Shown here: positions 1 through 14,700 of the stretch, one piece after another
Layout: the number at the start of each line of letters is the position of its first letter
How positions within the stretch are numbered: the first letter of the stretch is position 1
From: the human T2T-CHM13v2.0 reference genome, Homo sapiens
Length of the DNA stretch: 64,000 bases
Reading direction: 5' to 3' (one strand)
Assembly (NCBI RefSeq): GCF_009914755.1
Contig: NC_060939.1
Position numbers and translations under genes: made by a program
The notes under the pieces: generated by a model
What the model was told of the DNA's origin: nothing
What the model saw: the letters and a program-made list of their open reading frames with translations, nothing else
Databases searched by the model: none

Positions 1-1233
1 ATTCCATTCATTTCAATTCCATTCCATTCCATTCCATTACATTCCACTTGATTCCTCTCCATTCCCTTCCACTGCATTCCGTTCGATTCCATTCCATTGC
101 ATTGCATTCCATTCCATTGGATTGCATTCCATTCGATTCCATTCCATTCGAATCAATTACATAGCAATCCATTACATTCGAGTCTATTCTCTTCCGTTCC
201 ATTCGATTTCGTTCCAATCCATTCGATTCCATTCCATTCGATTCCATTCCATACTATTGCATTCCATTCGATTACATTATATTCGAATAAGTTCCATTCA
301 AGACCATTTCTTTTGAGTCCATTCTATTTGAGTCCATTCCCTTTGATTCCATAACATTTGAGTCCATTCAATTCCATTCCTTTCGTTTCCATTCCATTTG
401 ATGCCATTCCATTCAATTCTGTTCTACTCGACTCCAATACATTCAATTCCATTCCATCCGATTCCATTACATTCTTTTCATTTCTTATCCATTTCAAGCC
501 ATTCCACTCCATTCCATTCCACTCGTTTCCTTTCCATTCGAGTCCATTCCTCTCCAGTCCATTCCGTTCAATCCATTCCATTCCAGTCCATTCCATTCGA
601 GTCCGTTCCATTCCAGTCCATTCCATTCGAGTCAATTCCATTCCATTCGATGTCTTTCCATAACGATCCATTCCATTCTATTCCTTTCGATTCCATTCCA
701 TTCTATTTCATTCCATTCGATTCCCTTCCATTGGACTCCTTTCCATTCGAGTGCATTCCATTCCGTTCCATTTCTTTCCGTTCTGTACGATTCCTACCGT
801 TCGATTTCATTTTGTTCCAGTCCATTCCTTTCGCGTCCATTCCATTCCATTTCACTCCATTCGATTCCATTCCACTCGATTCCACTTCGTTCCATTTCAT
901 TGCATTCCATTCTATTCAACTCTATTGCCTTCCATTCCATTCCATTCGATTACATTCCATGCGATTCCATTCGAAATCGAATCAATTACATTGCAATCCA
1001 TTACTATTGAGTCCGTTTTATTCCAGTCCACTGCATTCTGGTCCATTCCATTTGATTCCATTCCATTCTATTCCATTCCATACAGTTGCATTCCATTGGA
1101 TTCCATGCTATATCTATAAATTCAATTCGAGACCATTGCTTTTGAGTCCATTCTATATGATTCCATTCCATTCAAGTCCATTACATTTGGTTCAATTCCA
1201 TTCCATTCCATTCCCTTCCATTCCATTCCATTT

Positions 1234-1239
1234 GATATC
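1234..1239. other. EcoRV site (GATATC), one per unit
   Basis: 'tttgatatca' at 1231-1240, seen at the equivalent position of the units inspected. Confidence 0.9.
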
Positions 1240-1723
1240 AATCCATTCGATTCCATTCCATTCGAGCACATTCCATTCGAGTCCATTCCATTCGATGCCA
1301 TTCCATTTGATTCTATTCCATTAGTCTCCATTCAATTCCATTAATCTCCATTCCATTCCATTCTACTCCAACTGATTCCATTCCATTCTATTCCTTTCCA
1401 TTCCATTTCATTCCATTCCATTCCATTTCATTCCATTCCATTCCATTCGTGTCCATTCCACTCCAGTCCATTCCATTCGTGTCCATTCCATTCCAGTCCA
1501 TTCCATTTGTGTCCACTGCATTCCATTCCACTCCATTCCATATTATTCCATTACACTCCATTCCATTCTATTACTTTCATTTCCATTCAATTCCATTCCA
1601 TTTGATTCCATTCCACTCGGTTTCATTCCATTTGAGTCCACTCCATTCCATTCCATTCCATTCCATTCAGTTCCATTCCATTCTGTTCCATTCCATTCCG
1701 TTCCATTACATTCCATTCCATTC

Positions 1724-1729
1724 GGTACC
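1724..1729. other. KpnI site (GGTACC), one per unit, absent from U23
   Basis: 'ttcggtacca' at 1721-1730, recurring at unit spacing (e.g. 39325, 42883). It reads GGTAGC at 41114-41119. Confidence 0.95.
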
Positions 1730-4700
1730 ATTCCATATTGTTCCATTCGATTCCATTCGAATCCATTCCATTCCAGTCCATTCCATTCGATTCCATTCCA
1801 TTCATTTCAATTCCATTCCATTCCATTCCATTACATTCCACTTGATTCCTCTCCATTCCCTTCCACTGCATTCCGTTCGATTCCATTCCATTGCATTGCA
1901 TTCCATTCCATTGGATTGCATTCCATTCGATTCCATTCCATTCGAATCAATTACATAGCAATCCATTACATTCGAGTCTATTCTCTTCCGTTCCATTCGA
2001 TTTCGTTCCAATCCATTCGATTCCATTCCATTCGATTCCATTCCATACTATTGCATTCCATTCGATTACATTATATTCGAATAAGTTCCATTCAAGACCA
2101 TTTCTTTTGAGTCCATTCTATTTGAGTCCATTCCCTTTGATTCCATAACATTTGAGTCCATTCAATTCCATTCCTTTCGTTTCCATTCCATTTGATGCCA
2201 TTCCATTCAATTCTGTTCTACTCGACTCCAATACATTCAATTCCATTCCATCCGATTCCATTACATTCTTTTCATTTCTTATCCATTTCAAGCCATTCCA
2301 CTCCATTCCATTCCACTCGTTTCCTTTCCATTCGAGTCCATTCCTCTCCAGTCCATTCCGTTCAATCCATTCCATTCCAGTCCATTCCATTCGAGTCCGT
2401 TCCATTCCAGTCCATTCCATTCGAGTCAATTCCATTCCATTCGATGTCTTTCCATAACGATCCATTCCATTCTATTCCTTTCGATTCCATTCCATTCTAT
2501 TTCATTCCATTCGATTCCCTTCCATTGGACTCCTTTCCATTCGAGTGCATTCCATTCCGTTCCATTTCTTTCCGTTCTGTACGATTCCTACCGTTCGATT
2601 TCATTTTGTTCCAGTCCATTCCTTTCGCGTCCATTCCATTCCATTTCACTCCATTCGATTCCATTCCACTCGATTCCACTTCGTTCCATTTCATTGCATT
2701 CCATTCTATTCAACTCTATTGCCTTCCATTCCATTCCATTCGATTACATTCCATGCGATTCCATTCGAAATCGAATCAATTACATTGCAATCCATTACTA
2801 TTGAGTCCGTTTTATTCCAGTCCACTGCATTCTGGTCCATTCCATTTGATTCCATTCCATTCTATTCCATTCCATACAGTTGCATTCCATTGGATTCCAT
2901 GCTATATCTATAAATTCAATTCGAGACCATTGCTTTTGAGTCCATTCTATATGATTCCATTCCATTCAAGTCCATTACATTTGGTTCAATTCCATTCCAT
3001 TCCATTCCCTTCCATTCCATTCCATTTGATATCAATCCATTCGATTCCATTCCATTCGAGCACATTCCATTCGAGTCCATTCCATTCGATGCCATTCCAT
3101 TTGATTCTATTCCATTAGTCTCCATTCAATTCCATTAATCTCCATTCCATTCCATTCTACTCCAACTGATTCCATTCCATTCTATTCCTTTCCATTCCAT
3201 TTCATTCCATTCCATTCCATTTCATTCCATTCCATTCCATTCGTGTCCATTCCACTCCAGTCCATTCCATTCGTGTCCATTCCATTCCAGTCCATTCCAT
3301 TTGTGTCCACTGCATTCCATTCCACTCCATTCCATATTATTCCATTACACTCCATTCCATTCTATTACTTTCATTTCCATTCAATTCCATTCCATTTGAT
3401 TCCATTCCACTCGGTTTCATTCCATTTGAGTCCACTCCATTCCATTCCATTCCATTCCATTCAGTTCCATTCCATTCTGTTCCATTCCATTCCGTTCCAT
3501 TACATTCCATTCCATTCGGTACCATTCCATATTGTTCCATTCGATTCCATTCGAATCCATTCCATTCCAGTCCATTCCATTCGATTCCATTCCATTCATT
3601 TCAATTCCATTCCATTCCATTCCATTACATTCCACTTGATTCCTCTCCATTCCCTTCCACTGCATTCCGTTCGATTCCATTCCATTGCATTGCATTCCAT
3701 TCCATTGGATTGCATTCCATTCGATTCCATTCCATTCGAATCAATTACATAGCAATCCATTACATTCGAGTCTATTCTCTTCCGTTCCATTCGATTTCGT
3801 TCCAATCCATTCGATTCCATTCCATTCGATTCCATTCCATACTATTGCATTCCATTCGATTACATTATATTCGAATAAGTTCCATTCAAGACCATTTCTT
3901 TTGAGTCCATTCTATTTGAGTCCATTCCCTTTGATTCCATAACATTTGAGTCCATTCAATTCCATTCCTTTCGTTTCCATTCCATTTGATGCCATTCCAT
4001 TCAATTCTGTTCTACTCGACTCCAATACATTCAATTCCATTCCATCCGATTCCATTACATTCTTTTCATTTCTTATCCATTTCAAGCCATTCCACTCCAT
4101 TCCATTCCACTCGTTTCCTTTCCATTCGAGTCCATTCCTCTCCAGTCCATTCCGTTCAATCCATTCCATTCCAGTCCATTCCATTCGAGTCCGTTCCATT
4201 CCAGTCCATTCCATTCGAGTCAATTCCATTCCATTCGATGTCTTTCCATAACGATCCATTCCATTCTATTCCTTTCGATTCCATTCCATTCTATTTCATT
4301 CCATTCGATTCCCTTCCATTGGACTCCTTTCCATTCGAGTGCATTCCATTCCGTTCCATTTCTTTCCGTTCTGTACGATTCCTACCGTTCGATTTCATTT
4401 TGTTCCAGTCCATTCCTTTCGCGTCCATTCCATTCCATTTCACTCCATTCGATTCCATTCCACTCGATTCCACTTCGTTCCATTTCATTGCATTCCATTC
4501 TATTCAACTCTATTGCCTTCCATTCCATTCCATTCGATTACATTCCATGCGATTCCATTCGAAATCGAATCAATTACATTGCAATCCATTACTATTGAGT
4601 CCGTTTTATTCCAGTCCACTGCATTCTGGTCCATTCCATTTGATTCCATTCCATTCTATTCCATTCCATACAGTTGCATTCCATTGGATTCCATGCTATA

Positions 4701-5739
4701 TCTATAAATTCAATTCGAGACCATTGCTTTTGAGTCCATTCTATATGATTCCATTCCATTCAAGTCCATTACATTTGGTTCAATTCCATTCCATTCCATT
4801 CCCTTCCATTCCATTCCATTTGATATCAATCCATTCGATTCCATTCCATTCGAGCACATTCCATTCGAGTCCATTCCATTCGATGCCATTCCATTTGATT
4901 CTATTCCATTAGTCTCCATTCAATTCCATTAATCTCCATTCCATTCCATTCTACTCCAACTGATTCCATTCCATTCTATTCCTTTCCATTCCATTTCATT
5001 CCATTCCATTCCATTTCATTCCATTCCATTCCATTCGTGTCCATTCCACTCCAGTCCATTCCATTCGTGTCCATTCCATTCCAGTCCATTCCATTTGTGT
5101 CCACTGCATTCCATTCCACTCCATTCCATATTATTCCATTACACTCCATTCCATTCTATTACTTTCATTTCCATTCAATTCCATTCCATTTGATTCCATT
5201 CCACTCGGTTTCATTCCATTTGAGTCCACTCCATTCCATTCCATTCCATTCCATTCAGTTCCATTCCATTCTGTTCCATTCCATTCCGTTCCATTACATT
5301 CCATTCCATTCGGTACCATTCCATATTGTTCCATTCGATTCCATTCGAATCCATTCCATTCCAGTCCATTCCATTCGATTCCATTCCATTCATTTCAATT
5401 CCATTCCATTCCATTCCATTACATTCCACTTGATTCCTCTCCATTCCCTTCCACTGCATTCCGTTCGATTCCATTCCATTGCATTGCATTCCATTCCATT
5501 GGATTGCATTCCATTCGATTCCATTCCATTCGAATCAATTACATAGCAATCCATTACATTCGAGTCTATTCTCTTCCGTTCCATTCGATTTCGTTCCAAT
5601 CCATTCGATTCCATTCCATTCGATTCCATTCCATACTATTGCATTCCATTCGATTACATTATATTCGAATAAGTTCCATTCAAGACCATTTCTTTTGAGT
5701 CCATTCTATTTGAGTCCATTCCCTTTGATTCCATAACAT

Positions 5740-8700
5740 TTGAGTCCATTCAATTCCATTCCTTTCGTTTCCATTCCATTTGATGCCATTCCATTCAATT
5801 CTGTTCTACTCGACCCCAATACATTCAATTCCATTCCATCCGATTCCATTACATTCTTTTCATTTCTTATCCATTTCAAGCCATTCCACTCCATTCCATT
5901 CCACTCGTTTCCTTTCCATTCGAGTCCATTCCTCTCCAGTCCATTCCGTTCAATCCATTCCATTCCAGTCCATTCCATTCGAGTCCGTTCCATTCCAGTC
6001 CATTCCATTCGAGTCAATTCCATTCCATTCGATGTCTTTCCATAACGATCCATTCCATTCTATTCCTTTCGATTCCATTCCATTCTATTTCATTCCATTC
6101 GATTCCCTTCCATTGGACTCCTTTCCATTCGAGTGCATTCCATTCCGTTCCATTTCTTTCCGTTCTGTACGATTCCTACCGTTCGATTTCATTTTGTTCC
6201 AGTCCATTCCTTTCGCGTCCATTCCATTCCATTTCACTCCATTCGATTCCATTCCATTCGATTCCATTCTACTCGATTCCACTTCGTTCCATTTCATTGC
6301 ATTCCATTCTATTCAACTCTATTGCCTTCCATTCCATTCCATTCGATTACATTCCATGCGATTCCATTCGAAATCGAATCAATTACATTGAAATTCATTA
6401 CTATTTAGTCCGTTTTATTCCAGTCCACTGCATTCTGGTCCATTCCATTTGATTCCATTCCATTCTATTCCATTCCATACAGTTGCATTCCATTGGATTC
6501 CATGCTATATCTATAAATTCAATTCGAGACCATTGCTTTTGAGTCCATTCTATATGATTCCATTCCATTCAAGTCCATTACATTTGGTTCAATTCCATTC
6601 CATTCCATTCCCTTCCATTCCATTCCATTTGATATCAATCCATTCAATTCCATTCCATTCGAGCACATTCCATTCGAGTCCATTCCATTCGATGCCATTC
6701 CATTTGATTCTATTCCATTAGTCTCCATTCAATTCCATTAATCTCCATTCCATTCCATTCTACTCCAACTGATTCCATTCCATTCTATTCCTTTCCATTC
6801 CATTTCATTCCATTCCATTCCATTTCATTCCATTCCATTCCATTCGTGTCCATTCCACTCCAGTCCATTCCATTCGTGTCCATTCCATTCCAGTCCATTC
6901 CATTTGTGTCCACTGCATTCCATTCCACTCCATTCCATATTATTCCATTACACTCCATTCCATTCTATTACTTTAATTTCCATTCAATTCCATTCCATTT
7001 GATTCCATTCCACTCGGTTTCATTCCATTTGAGTCCACTCCATTCCATTCCATTCCATTCCATTCAGTTCCATTCCATTCTGTTCCATTCCATTCCATTC
7101 CATTCGGTACCATTCCATAGTGTTCCATTCGATTCCATTCGAATCCATTCCATTCCAGTCCTTTCCATTCGATTCCATTCCATTCATTTCAATTCCATTC
7201 CATTCCATTCCATTCCATTCCACTTGATTCCTCTCCATTCCCTTCCACTGCATTCCGTTCGATTCCATTCCATTGCATTGCATTCCATTCCATTGGATTG
7301 CATTCCATTCGATTCCATTCCATTCGAATCAATTACATAGCAATCCATTACATTCGAGTCTATTCTCTTCCGTTCCATTCGATTTCGTTCCAATCCATTC
7401 GATTCCATTCCATTCGATTCCATTCCATACTATTGCATTCCATTCGATTAAATTATATTCGAATAAGTTCCATTCAAGACCATTTCTTTTGAGTCCATTC
7501 TATTTGAGTCCATTCCCTTTGATTCCATAACATTTGAGTCCATTCAATTCCATTCCTTTCGTTTCCATTCCATTTGATGCCATTCCATTCAATTCTGTTC
7601 TACTCGACTCCAATACATTCAATTCCATTCCATCCGATTCCATTACATTCTTTTCATTTCTTATCCATTTCAAGCCATTCCACTCCATTCCATTCCACTC
7701 GTTTCCTTTCCATTCGAGTCCATTCCTCTCCAGTCCATTCCGTTCAATCCATTCCATTCCAGTCCATTCCATTCGAGTCCGTTCCATTCCATTCGATGTC
7801 TTTCCATAACGATCCATTCCATTCTATTCCTTTCGATTCCATTCCATTCTATTTCATTCCATTCGATTCCCTTCCATTGGACTCCTTTCCATTCGAGTGC
7901 ATTCCATTCCGTTCCATTTCTTTCCATTCTGTACGATTCCTACCGTTCGATTTCATTTTGTTCCAGTCCATTCCTTTCGCGTCCATTCCATTCCATTTCA
8001 CTCCATTCGATTCCATTCCACTCGATTCCACTTTGTTCCATTTCATTGCATTCCATTCTATTCAACTCTATTGCCCTCCATTCCATTCCATTCGATTACA
8101 TTCCATGCGATTCCATTCGAAATCGAATCAATTACATTGCAATCCATTACTATTGAGTCCGTTTTATTCCAGTCCACTGCATTCTGGTCCATTCCATTTG
8201 ATTCCATTCCATTCTATTCCATTCCATACAGTTGCATTCCATTGGATTCCATTCTATATCTATAAATTCAATTCGAGACCATTGCTTTTGAGTCCATTCT
8301 ATATGATTCCATTCCATTCAAGTCCATTACATTTGGTTCAATTCCATTCCATTCCATTCCATTCCCTTCCATTCCATTCCAGTTGATATCAATCCATTCG
8401 ATTCCATTCCATTCGAGCACATACCATTCGAGTCCATTCCATTCGATGCCATTCCATTTGATTCTATTCCATTAGTCTCCATTCAATTCCATTAATCTCC
8501 ATTCCATTCCATTCTACTCCAACTGATTCCATTCCATTCTATTCCTTTCCATTCCATTTCATTCCATTCCATTCCATTTCATTCCATTCCATTCCATTCG
8601 TGTCCATTCCACTCCAGTCCATTCCATTCGTGTCCATTCCATTCCAGTCCATTCCATTTGTGTCCACTGCATTCCATTCCACTCCATTCCATATTATTCC

Positions 8701-11700
8701 ATTACACTCCATTCCATTCTATTACTTTCATTTCCATTCAATTCCATTCCATTTGATTCCATTCCACTCGGTTTCATTCCATTTGAGTCCACTCCATTCC
8801 ATTCCATTCCATTCCATTCAGTTCCATTCCATTCTGTTCCATTCCATTCCGTTCCATTACATTCCATTCCATTCGGTACCATTCCATATTGTTCCATTCG
8901 ATTCCATTCGAATCCATTCCATTCCAGTCCATTCCATTCGATTCCATTCCATTCATTTCAATTCCATTCCATTCCATTACATTCCATTCCACTTGATTCC
9001 TCTCCATTCCCTTCCACTGCATTCCGTTCGATTCCATTCCATTGCATTGCATTCCATTCCATTGGATTGCATTCCATTCGATTCCATTCCATTCGAATCA
9101 ATTACATAGCAATCCATTACATTCCAGTCTATTCTATTCCGTTCCATTCGATTTCGTTCCAATCCATTCGATTCCATTCCATTCGATTCCATTCCATACT
9201 ATTGCATTCCATTCGATTACATTATATTCGAATAAGTTCCATTCAAGACCATTTCTTTTGAGTCCATTCTATTTGAGTCCATTCCCTTTGATTCCATAAC
9301 ATTTGAGTCCATTCAATTCCATTCCTTTCGTTTCCATTCCATTTGATGCCATTCCATTCAATTCTGTTCTACTCGACTCCAATACATTCAATTCCATTCC
9401 ATCCGATTCCATTACATTCTTTTCATTTCTTATCCATTTCAAGCCATTCCACTCCATTCCATTCCACTCGTTTCCTTTCCATTCGAGTCCATTCCTCTCC
9501 AGTCCATTCCGTTCAATCCATTCCATTCCAGTCCATTCCATTCGAGTCCGTTCCATTCCAGTCCATTCCATTCGAGTCAATTCCATCCCATTCGATGTCT
9601 TTCCATAACGATCCATTCCATTCTATTCCTTTCGATTCCATTCCATTCTATTTCATTCCATTCGATTCCCTTCCATTGGACTCCTTTCCATTCGAGTGCA
9701 TTCCATTCCGTTCCATTTCTTTCCGTTCTGTACGATTCCTACCGTTCGATTTCATTTTGTTCCAGTCCATTCCTTTCGCGTCCATTCCATTCCATTTCAC
9801 TCCATTCGATTCCATTCCACTCGATTCCACTTCGTTCCATTTCATTGCATTCCATTCTATTCAACTCTATTGCCTTCCATTCCATTCCATTCGATTACAT
9901 TCCATGCGATTCCATTCGAAATCGAATCAATTACATTGCAATCCATTACTATTGAGTCCGTTTTATTCCAGTCCACTGCATTCTGGTCCATTCCATTTGA
10001 TTCCATTCCATTCTATTCCATTCCATACAGTTGCATTCCATTGGATTCCATGCTATATCTATAAATTCAATTAGAGACCATTGCTTTTGAGTCCATTCTA
10101 TATGATTCCATTCCATTCAAGTCCATTACATTTGGTTCAATTCCATTCCATTCCATTCCCTTCCATTCCATTCCATTTGATATCAATCCATTCGATTCCA
10201 TTCCATTCGAGCACATTCCATTCGAGTCCATTCCATTCGATGCCATTCCATTTGATTCTATTCCATTAGTCTCCATTCTATTCCATTAATCTAAATTCCA
10301 TTCCATTCTACTCCAACTGATTCCATTTCATTCTATTCCTTTCAATTCCATTTCATTCCATTCCATTCCATTCGTGTCCATTCCACTCCAGTCCATTCCA
10401 TTCGTGTCCATTCCATTCCAGTCCATTACATTTGTGTCCACTGCATTCCATTCCACTCCATTCCATATTATTCCATTACACTCCATTCCATTCTATTACT
10501 TTCATTTCCATTCAATTCCATTCCATTTGATTCCATTCCACTCGGTTTCATTCCATTTGAGTCCACTCCATTCCATTCCATTCCATTCCATTCAGTTCCA
10601 TTCCATTCTGTTCCATTCCATTCCGTTCCATTACATTCCATTCCATTCGGTACCATTCCATATTGTTCCATTCGATTCCATTCGAATCCATTCCATTCCA
10701 GTCCATTCCATTCGATTCCATTCCATTCATTTCAATTCCATTCCATTCCATTCCATTCCATTCCATTCCACTTGATTCCTCTCCATTCCCTTCCACTGCA
10801 TTCCGTTCGATTCCATTCCATTGCATTGCATTCCATTCCATTGGATTGCATTCCATTCGATTCCATTCCATTCGAATCAATTACATAGCAATCCATTACA
10901 TTCGAGTCTATTCTATTCCGTTCCATTCGATTTCGTTCCAATCCATTCGATTCCATTCCATTCGATTCCATTCCATACTATTGCATTCCATTCGATTACA
11001 TTATATTCGAATAAGTTCCATTCAAGACCATTTCTTTTGAGTCCATTCTATTTGAGTCCATTCCCTTTGATTCCATAACATTTGAGTCCATTCAATTCCA
11101 TTCCTTTCGTTTCCATTCCATTTGATGCCATTCCATTCAATTCTGTTCTACTCGACTCCAATACATTCAATTCCATTCCATCCGATTCCATTACATTCTT
11201 TTCATTTCTTATCCATTTCAAGCCATTCCACTCCATTCCATTCCACTCGTTTCCTTTCCATTCGAGTCCATTCCTCTCCAGTCCATTCCGTTCAATCCAT
11301 TCCATTCCAGTCCATTCCATTCGAGTCCGTTCCATTCCAGTCCATTCCATTCGAGTCAATTCCATTCCATTCGATGTCTTTCCATAACGATCCATTCCAT
11401 TCTATTCCTTTCGATTCCATTCCATTCTATTTCATTCCATTCGATTCCCTTCCATTGGACTCCTTTCCATTCGAGTGCATTCCATTCCTTTCCATTTCTT
11501 TCCGTTCTGTACGATTCCTACCGTTCGATTTCATTTTGTTCCAGTCCATTCCTTTCGCGTCCATTCCATTCCATTTCACTCCATTCGATTCCATTCCACT
11601 CGATTCCACTTCGTTCCATTTCATTGCATTCCATTCTATTCAACTCTATTGCCTTCCATTCCATTCCATTCGATTACATTCCATGCGATTCCATTCGAAA

Positions 11701-14700
11701 TCGAATCAATTACATTGCAATCCATTACTATTGAGTCCGTTTTATTCCAGTCCACTGCATTCTGGTCCATTCCATTTGATTCCATTCCATTCTATTCCAT
11801 TCCATACAGTTGCATTCCATTGGATTCCATGCTATATCTATAAATTCAATTCGAGACCATTGCTTTTGAGTCCATTCTATATGATTCCATTCCATTCAAG
11901 TCCATTACATTTGGTTCAATTCCATTCCATTCCATTCCCTTCCATTCCATTCCATTTGATATCAATCCATTCGATTCCATTCCATTCGAGCACATTCCAT
12001 TCGAGTCCATTCCATTCGATGCCATTCCATTTGATTCTATTCCATTAGTCTCCATTCAATTCCATTAATCTCCATTCCATTCCATTCTACTCCAACTGAT
12101 TCCATTCCATTCTATTCCTTTCCATTCCATTTCATTCCATTCCATTCCATTTCATTCCATTCCATTCCATTCGTGTCCATTCCACTCCAGTCCATTCCAT
12201 TCGTGTCCATTCCATTCCAGTCCATTCCATTTGTGTCCACTGCATTCCATTCCACTCCATTCCATATTATTCCATTACACTCCATTCCATTCTATTACTT
12301 TCATTTCCATTCAATTCCATTCCATTTGATTCCATTCCACTCGGTTTCATTCCATTTGAGTCCACTCCATTCCATTCCATTCCATTCCATTCAGTTCCAT
12401 TCCATTCTGTTCCATTCCATTCCGTTCCATTCGGTACCATTCCATATTGTTCCATTCGATTCCATTCGAATCCATTCCATTCCAGTCCATTCCATTCGAT
12501 TCCATTCCATTCATTTCAATTCCATTCCATTCCATTCCATTACATTCCACTTGATTCCTCTCCATTCCCTTCCACTGCATTCCGTTCGATTCCATTCCAT
12601 TGCATTGCATTCCATTCCATTGGATTGCATTCCATTCGATTCCATTCCATTCGAATCAATTACATAGCAATCCATTACATTCGAGTCTATTCTCTTCCGT
12701 TCCATTCGATTTCGTTCCAATCCATTCGATTCCATTCCATTCGATTCCATTCCATACTATTGCATTCCATTCGATTACATTATATTCGAATAAGTTCCAT
12801 TCAAGACCATTTCTTTTGAGTCCATTCTATTTGAGTCCATTCCCTTTGATTCCATAACATTTGAGTCCATTCAATTCCATTCCTTTCGTTTCCATTCCAT
12901 TTGATGCCATTCCATTCAATTCTGTTCTACTCGACTCCAATACATTCAATTCCATTCCATCCGATTCCATTACATTCTTTTCATTTCTTATCCATTTCAA
13001 GCCATTCCACTCCATTCCATTCCACTCGTTTCCTTTCCATTCGAGTCCATTCCTCTCCAGTCCATTCCGTTCAATCCATTCCATTCCCGTCCATTCCATT
13101 CGAGTCCGTTCCATTCCAGTCCATTCCATTCGAGTCAATTCCATTCCATTCGATGTCTTTCCATAACGATCCATTCCATTCTATTCCTTTCGATTCCATT
13201 CCATTCTATTTCATTCCATTCGATTCCCTTCCATTGGACTCCTTTCCATTCGAGTGCATTCCATTCCGTTCCATTTCTTTCCGTTCTGTACGATTCCTAC
13301 CGTTCGATTTCATTTTGTTCCAGTCCATTCCTTTCGCGTCCATTCCATTCCATTTCACTCCATTCGATTCCATTCCATTCGATTCCATTCTACTCGATTC
13401 CACTTCGTTCCATTTCATTGCATTCCATTCTATTCAACTCTATTGCCTTCCATTCCATTCCATTCGATTACATTCCATGCGATTCCATTCGAAATCGAAT
13501 CAATTACATTGAAATTCATTACTATTTAGTCCGTTTTATTCCAGTCCACTGCATTCTGGTCCATTCCATTTGATTCCATTCCATTCTATTCCATTCCATA
13601 CAGTTGCATTCCATTGGATTCCATGCTATATCTATAAATTCAATTCGAGACCATTGCTTTTGAGTCCATTCTATATGATTCCATTCCATTCAAGTCCATT
13701 ACATTTGGTTCAATTCCATTCCATTCCATTCCCTTCCATTCCATTCCATTTGATATCAATCCATTCAATTCCATTCCATTCGAGCACATTCCATTCGAGT
13801 CCATTCCATTCGATGCCATTCCATTTGATTCTATTCCATTAGTCTCCATTCAATTCCATTAATCTCCATTCCATTCCATTCTACTCCAACTGATTCCATT
13901 CCATTCTATTCCTTTCCATTCCATTTCATTCCATTCCATTCCATTTCATTCCAATCCATTCCATTCGTGTCCATTCCACTCCAGTCCATTCCATTCGTGT
14001 CCATTCCATTCCAGTCCATTCCATTTGTGTCCACTGCATTCCATTCCACTCCATTCCATATTATTCCATTACACTCCATTCCATTCTATTACTTTCATTT
14101 CCATTCAATTCCATTCCATTTGATTCCATTCCACTCGGTTTCATTCCATTTGAGTCCACTCCATTCCATTCCATTCCATTCCATTCAGTTCCATTCCATT
14201 CTGTTCCATTCCATTCCGTTCCATTACATTCCATTCCATTCGGTACCATTCCATATTGTTCCTTTCGATTCCATTCGAATCCATTCCATTCCAGTCCATT
14301 CCATTTGATTCCATTCCATTCATTTCAATTCCATTCCATTCCATTCCATTACATTCCACTTGATTCCTCTCCATTCCCTTCCACTGCATTCCGTTCGATT
14401 CCATTCCATTGCATTGCATTCCATTCCATTGGATTGCATTCCATTCGATTCCATTCCATTCGAATCAATTACATAGCAATCCATTACATTCGAGTCTATT
14501 CTCTTCCGTTCCATTCGATTTCGTTCCAATCCATTCGATTCCATTCCATTCGATTCCATTCCATACTATTGCATTCCATTCGATTACATTATATTCGAAT
14601 AAGTTCCATTCAAGACCATTTCTTTTGAGTCCATTCTATTTGAGTCCATTCCCTTTGATTCCATAACATTTGAGTCCATTCAATTCCATTCCTTTCGTTT

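Larger units (their letters stand above)
358..2151 (+). repeat. Representative 1794-bp repeat unit (U1); about 35.7 tandem copies in the window
   Basis: The same anchor recurs at 358, 2152, 3946, 5740, 7534, 9303, 11082, 12861, 14670, 16469, 18233, 20027, 21825, 23619, 25428, 27222, 29014, 30823, 32612, 34386, 36165, 37959, 39753, 41542, 43311, 45085, 46879, 48673, 50467, 52196, 53985, 55744, 57538, 59297, 61056 and 62855. Spacings run from 1729 to 1809 bp with mode 1794. Confidence 0.97.

Noticed and set aside
324-671. Minus-strand MEWNG-repeat ORFs
   Set aside because: They are translations of (GGAAT)n, which supplies ATG every 5 bp. This is a well-known source of spurious proteins from human satellite DNA.
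965-990. Canonical heat-shock element at TTCGAAATCGAATC
   Set aside because: The spacing does not match alternating inverted nGAAn units (TTCnnGAAnnTTC). HSF1 binding to SatIII is established mainly for chr9 and cannot be supported here from sequence.
398-1324. 308-aa + strand ORF and all other FHSIP-rich ORFs repeated in every unit
   Set aside because: They are translations of (CATTC)n, which has no stop codon in any frame. They use TTG/GTG-type starts, have low complexity and no domain, and are freely broken by stops and frameshifts among copies.
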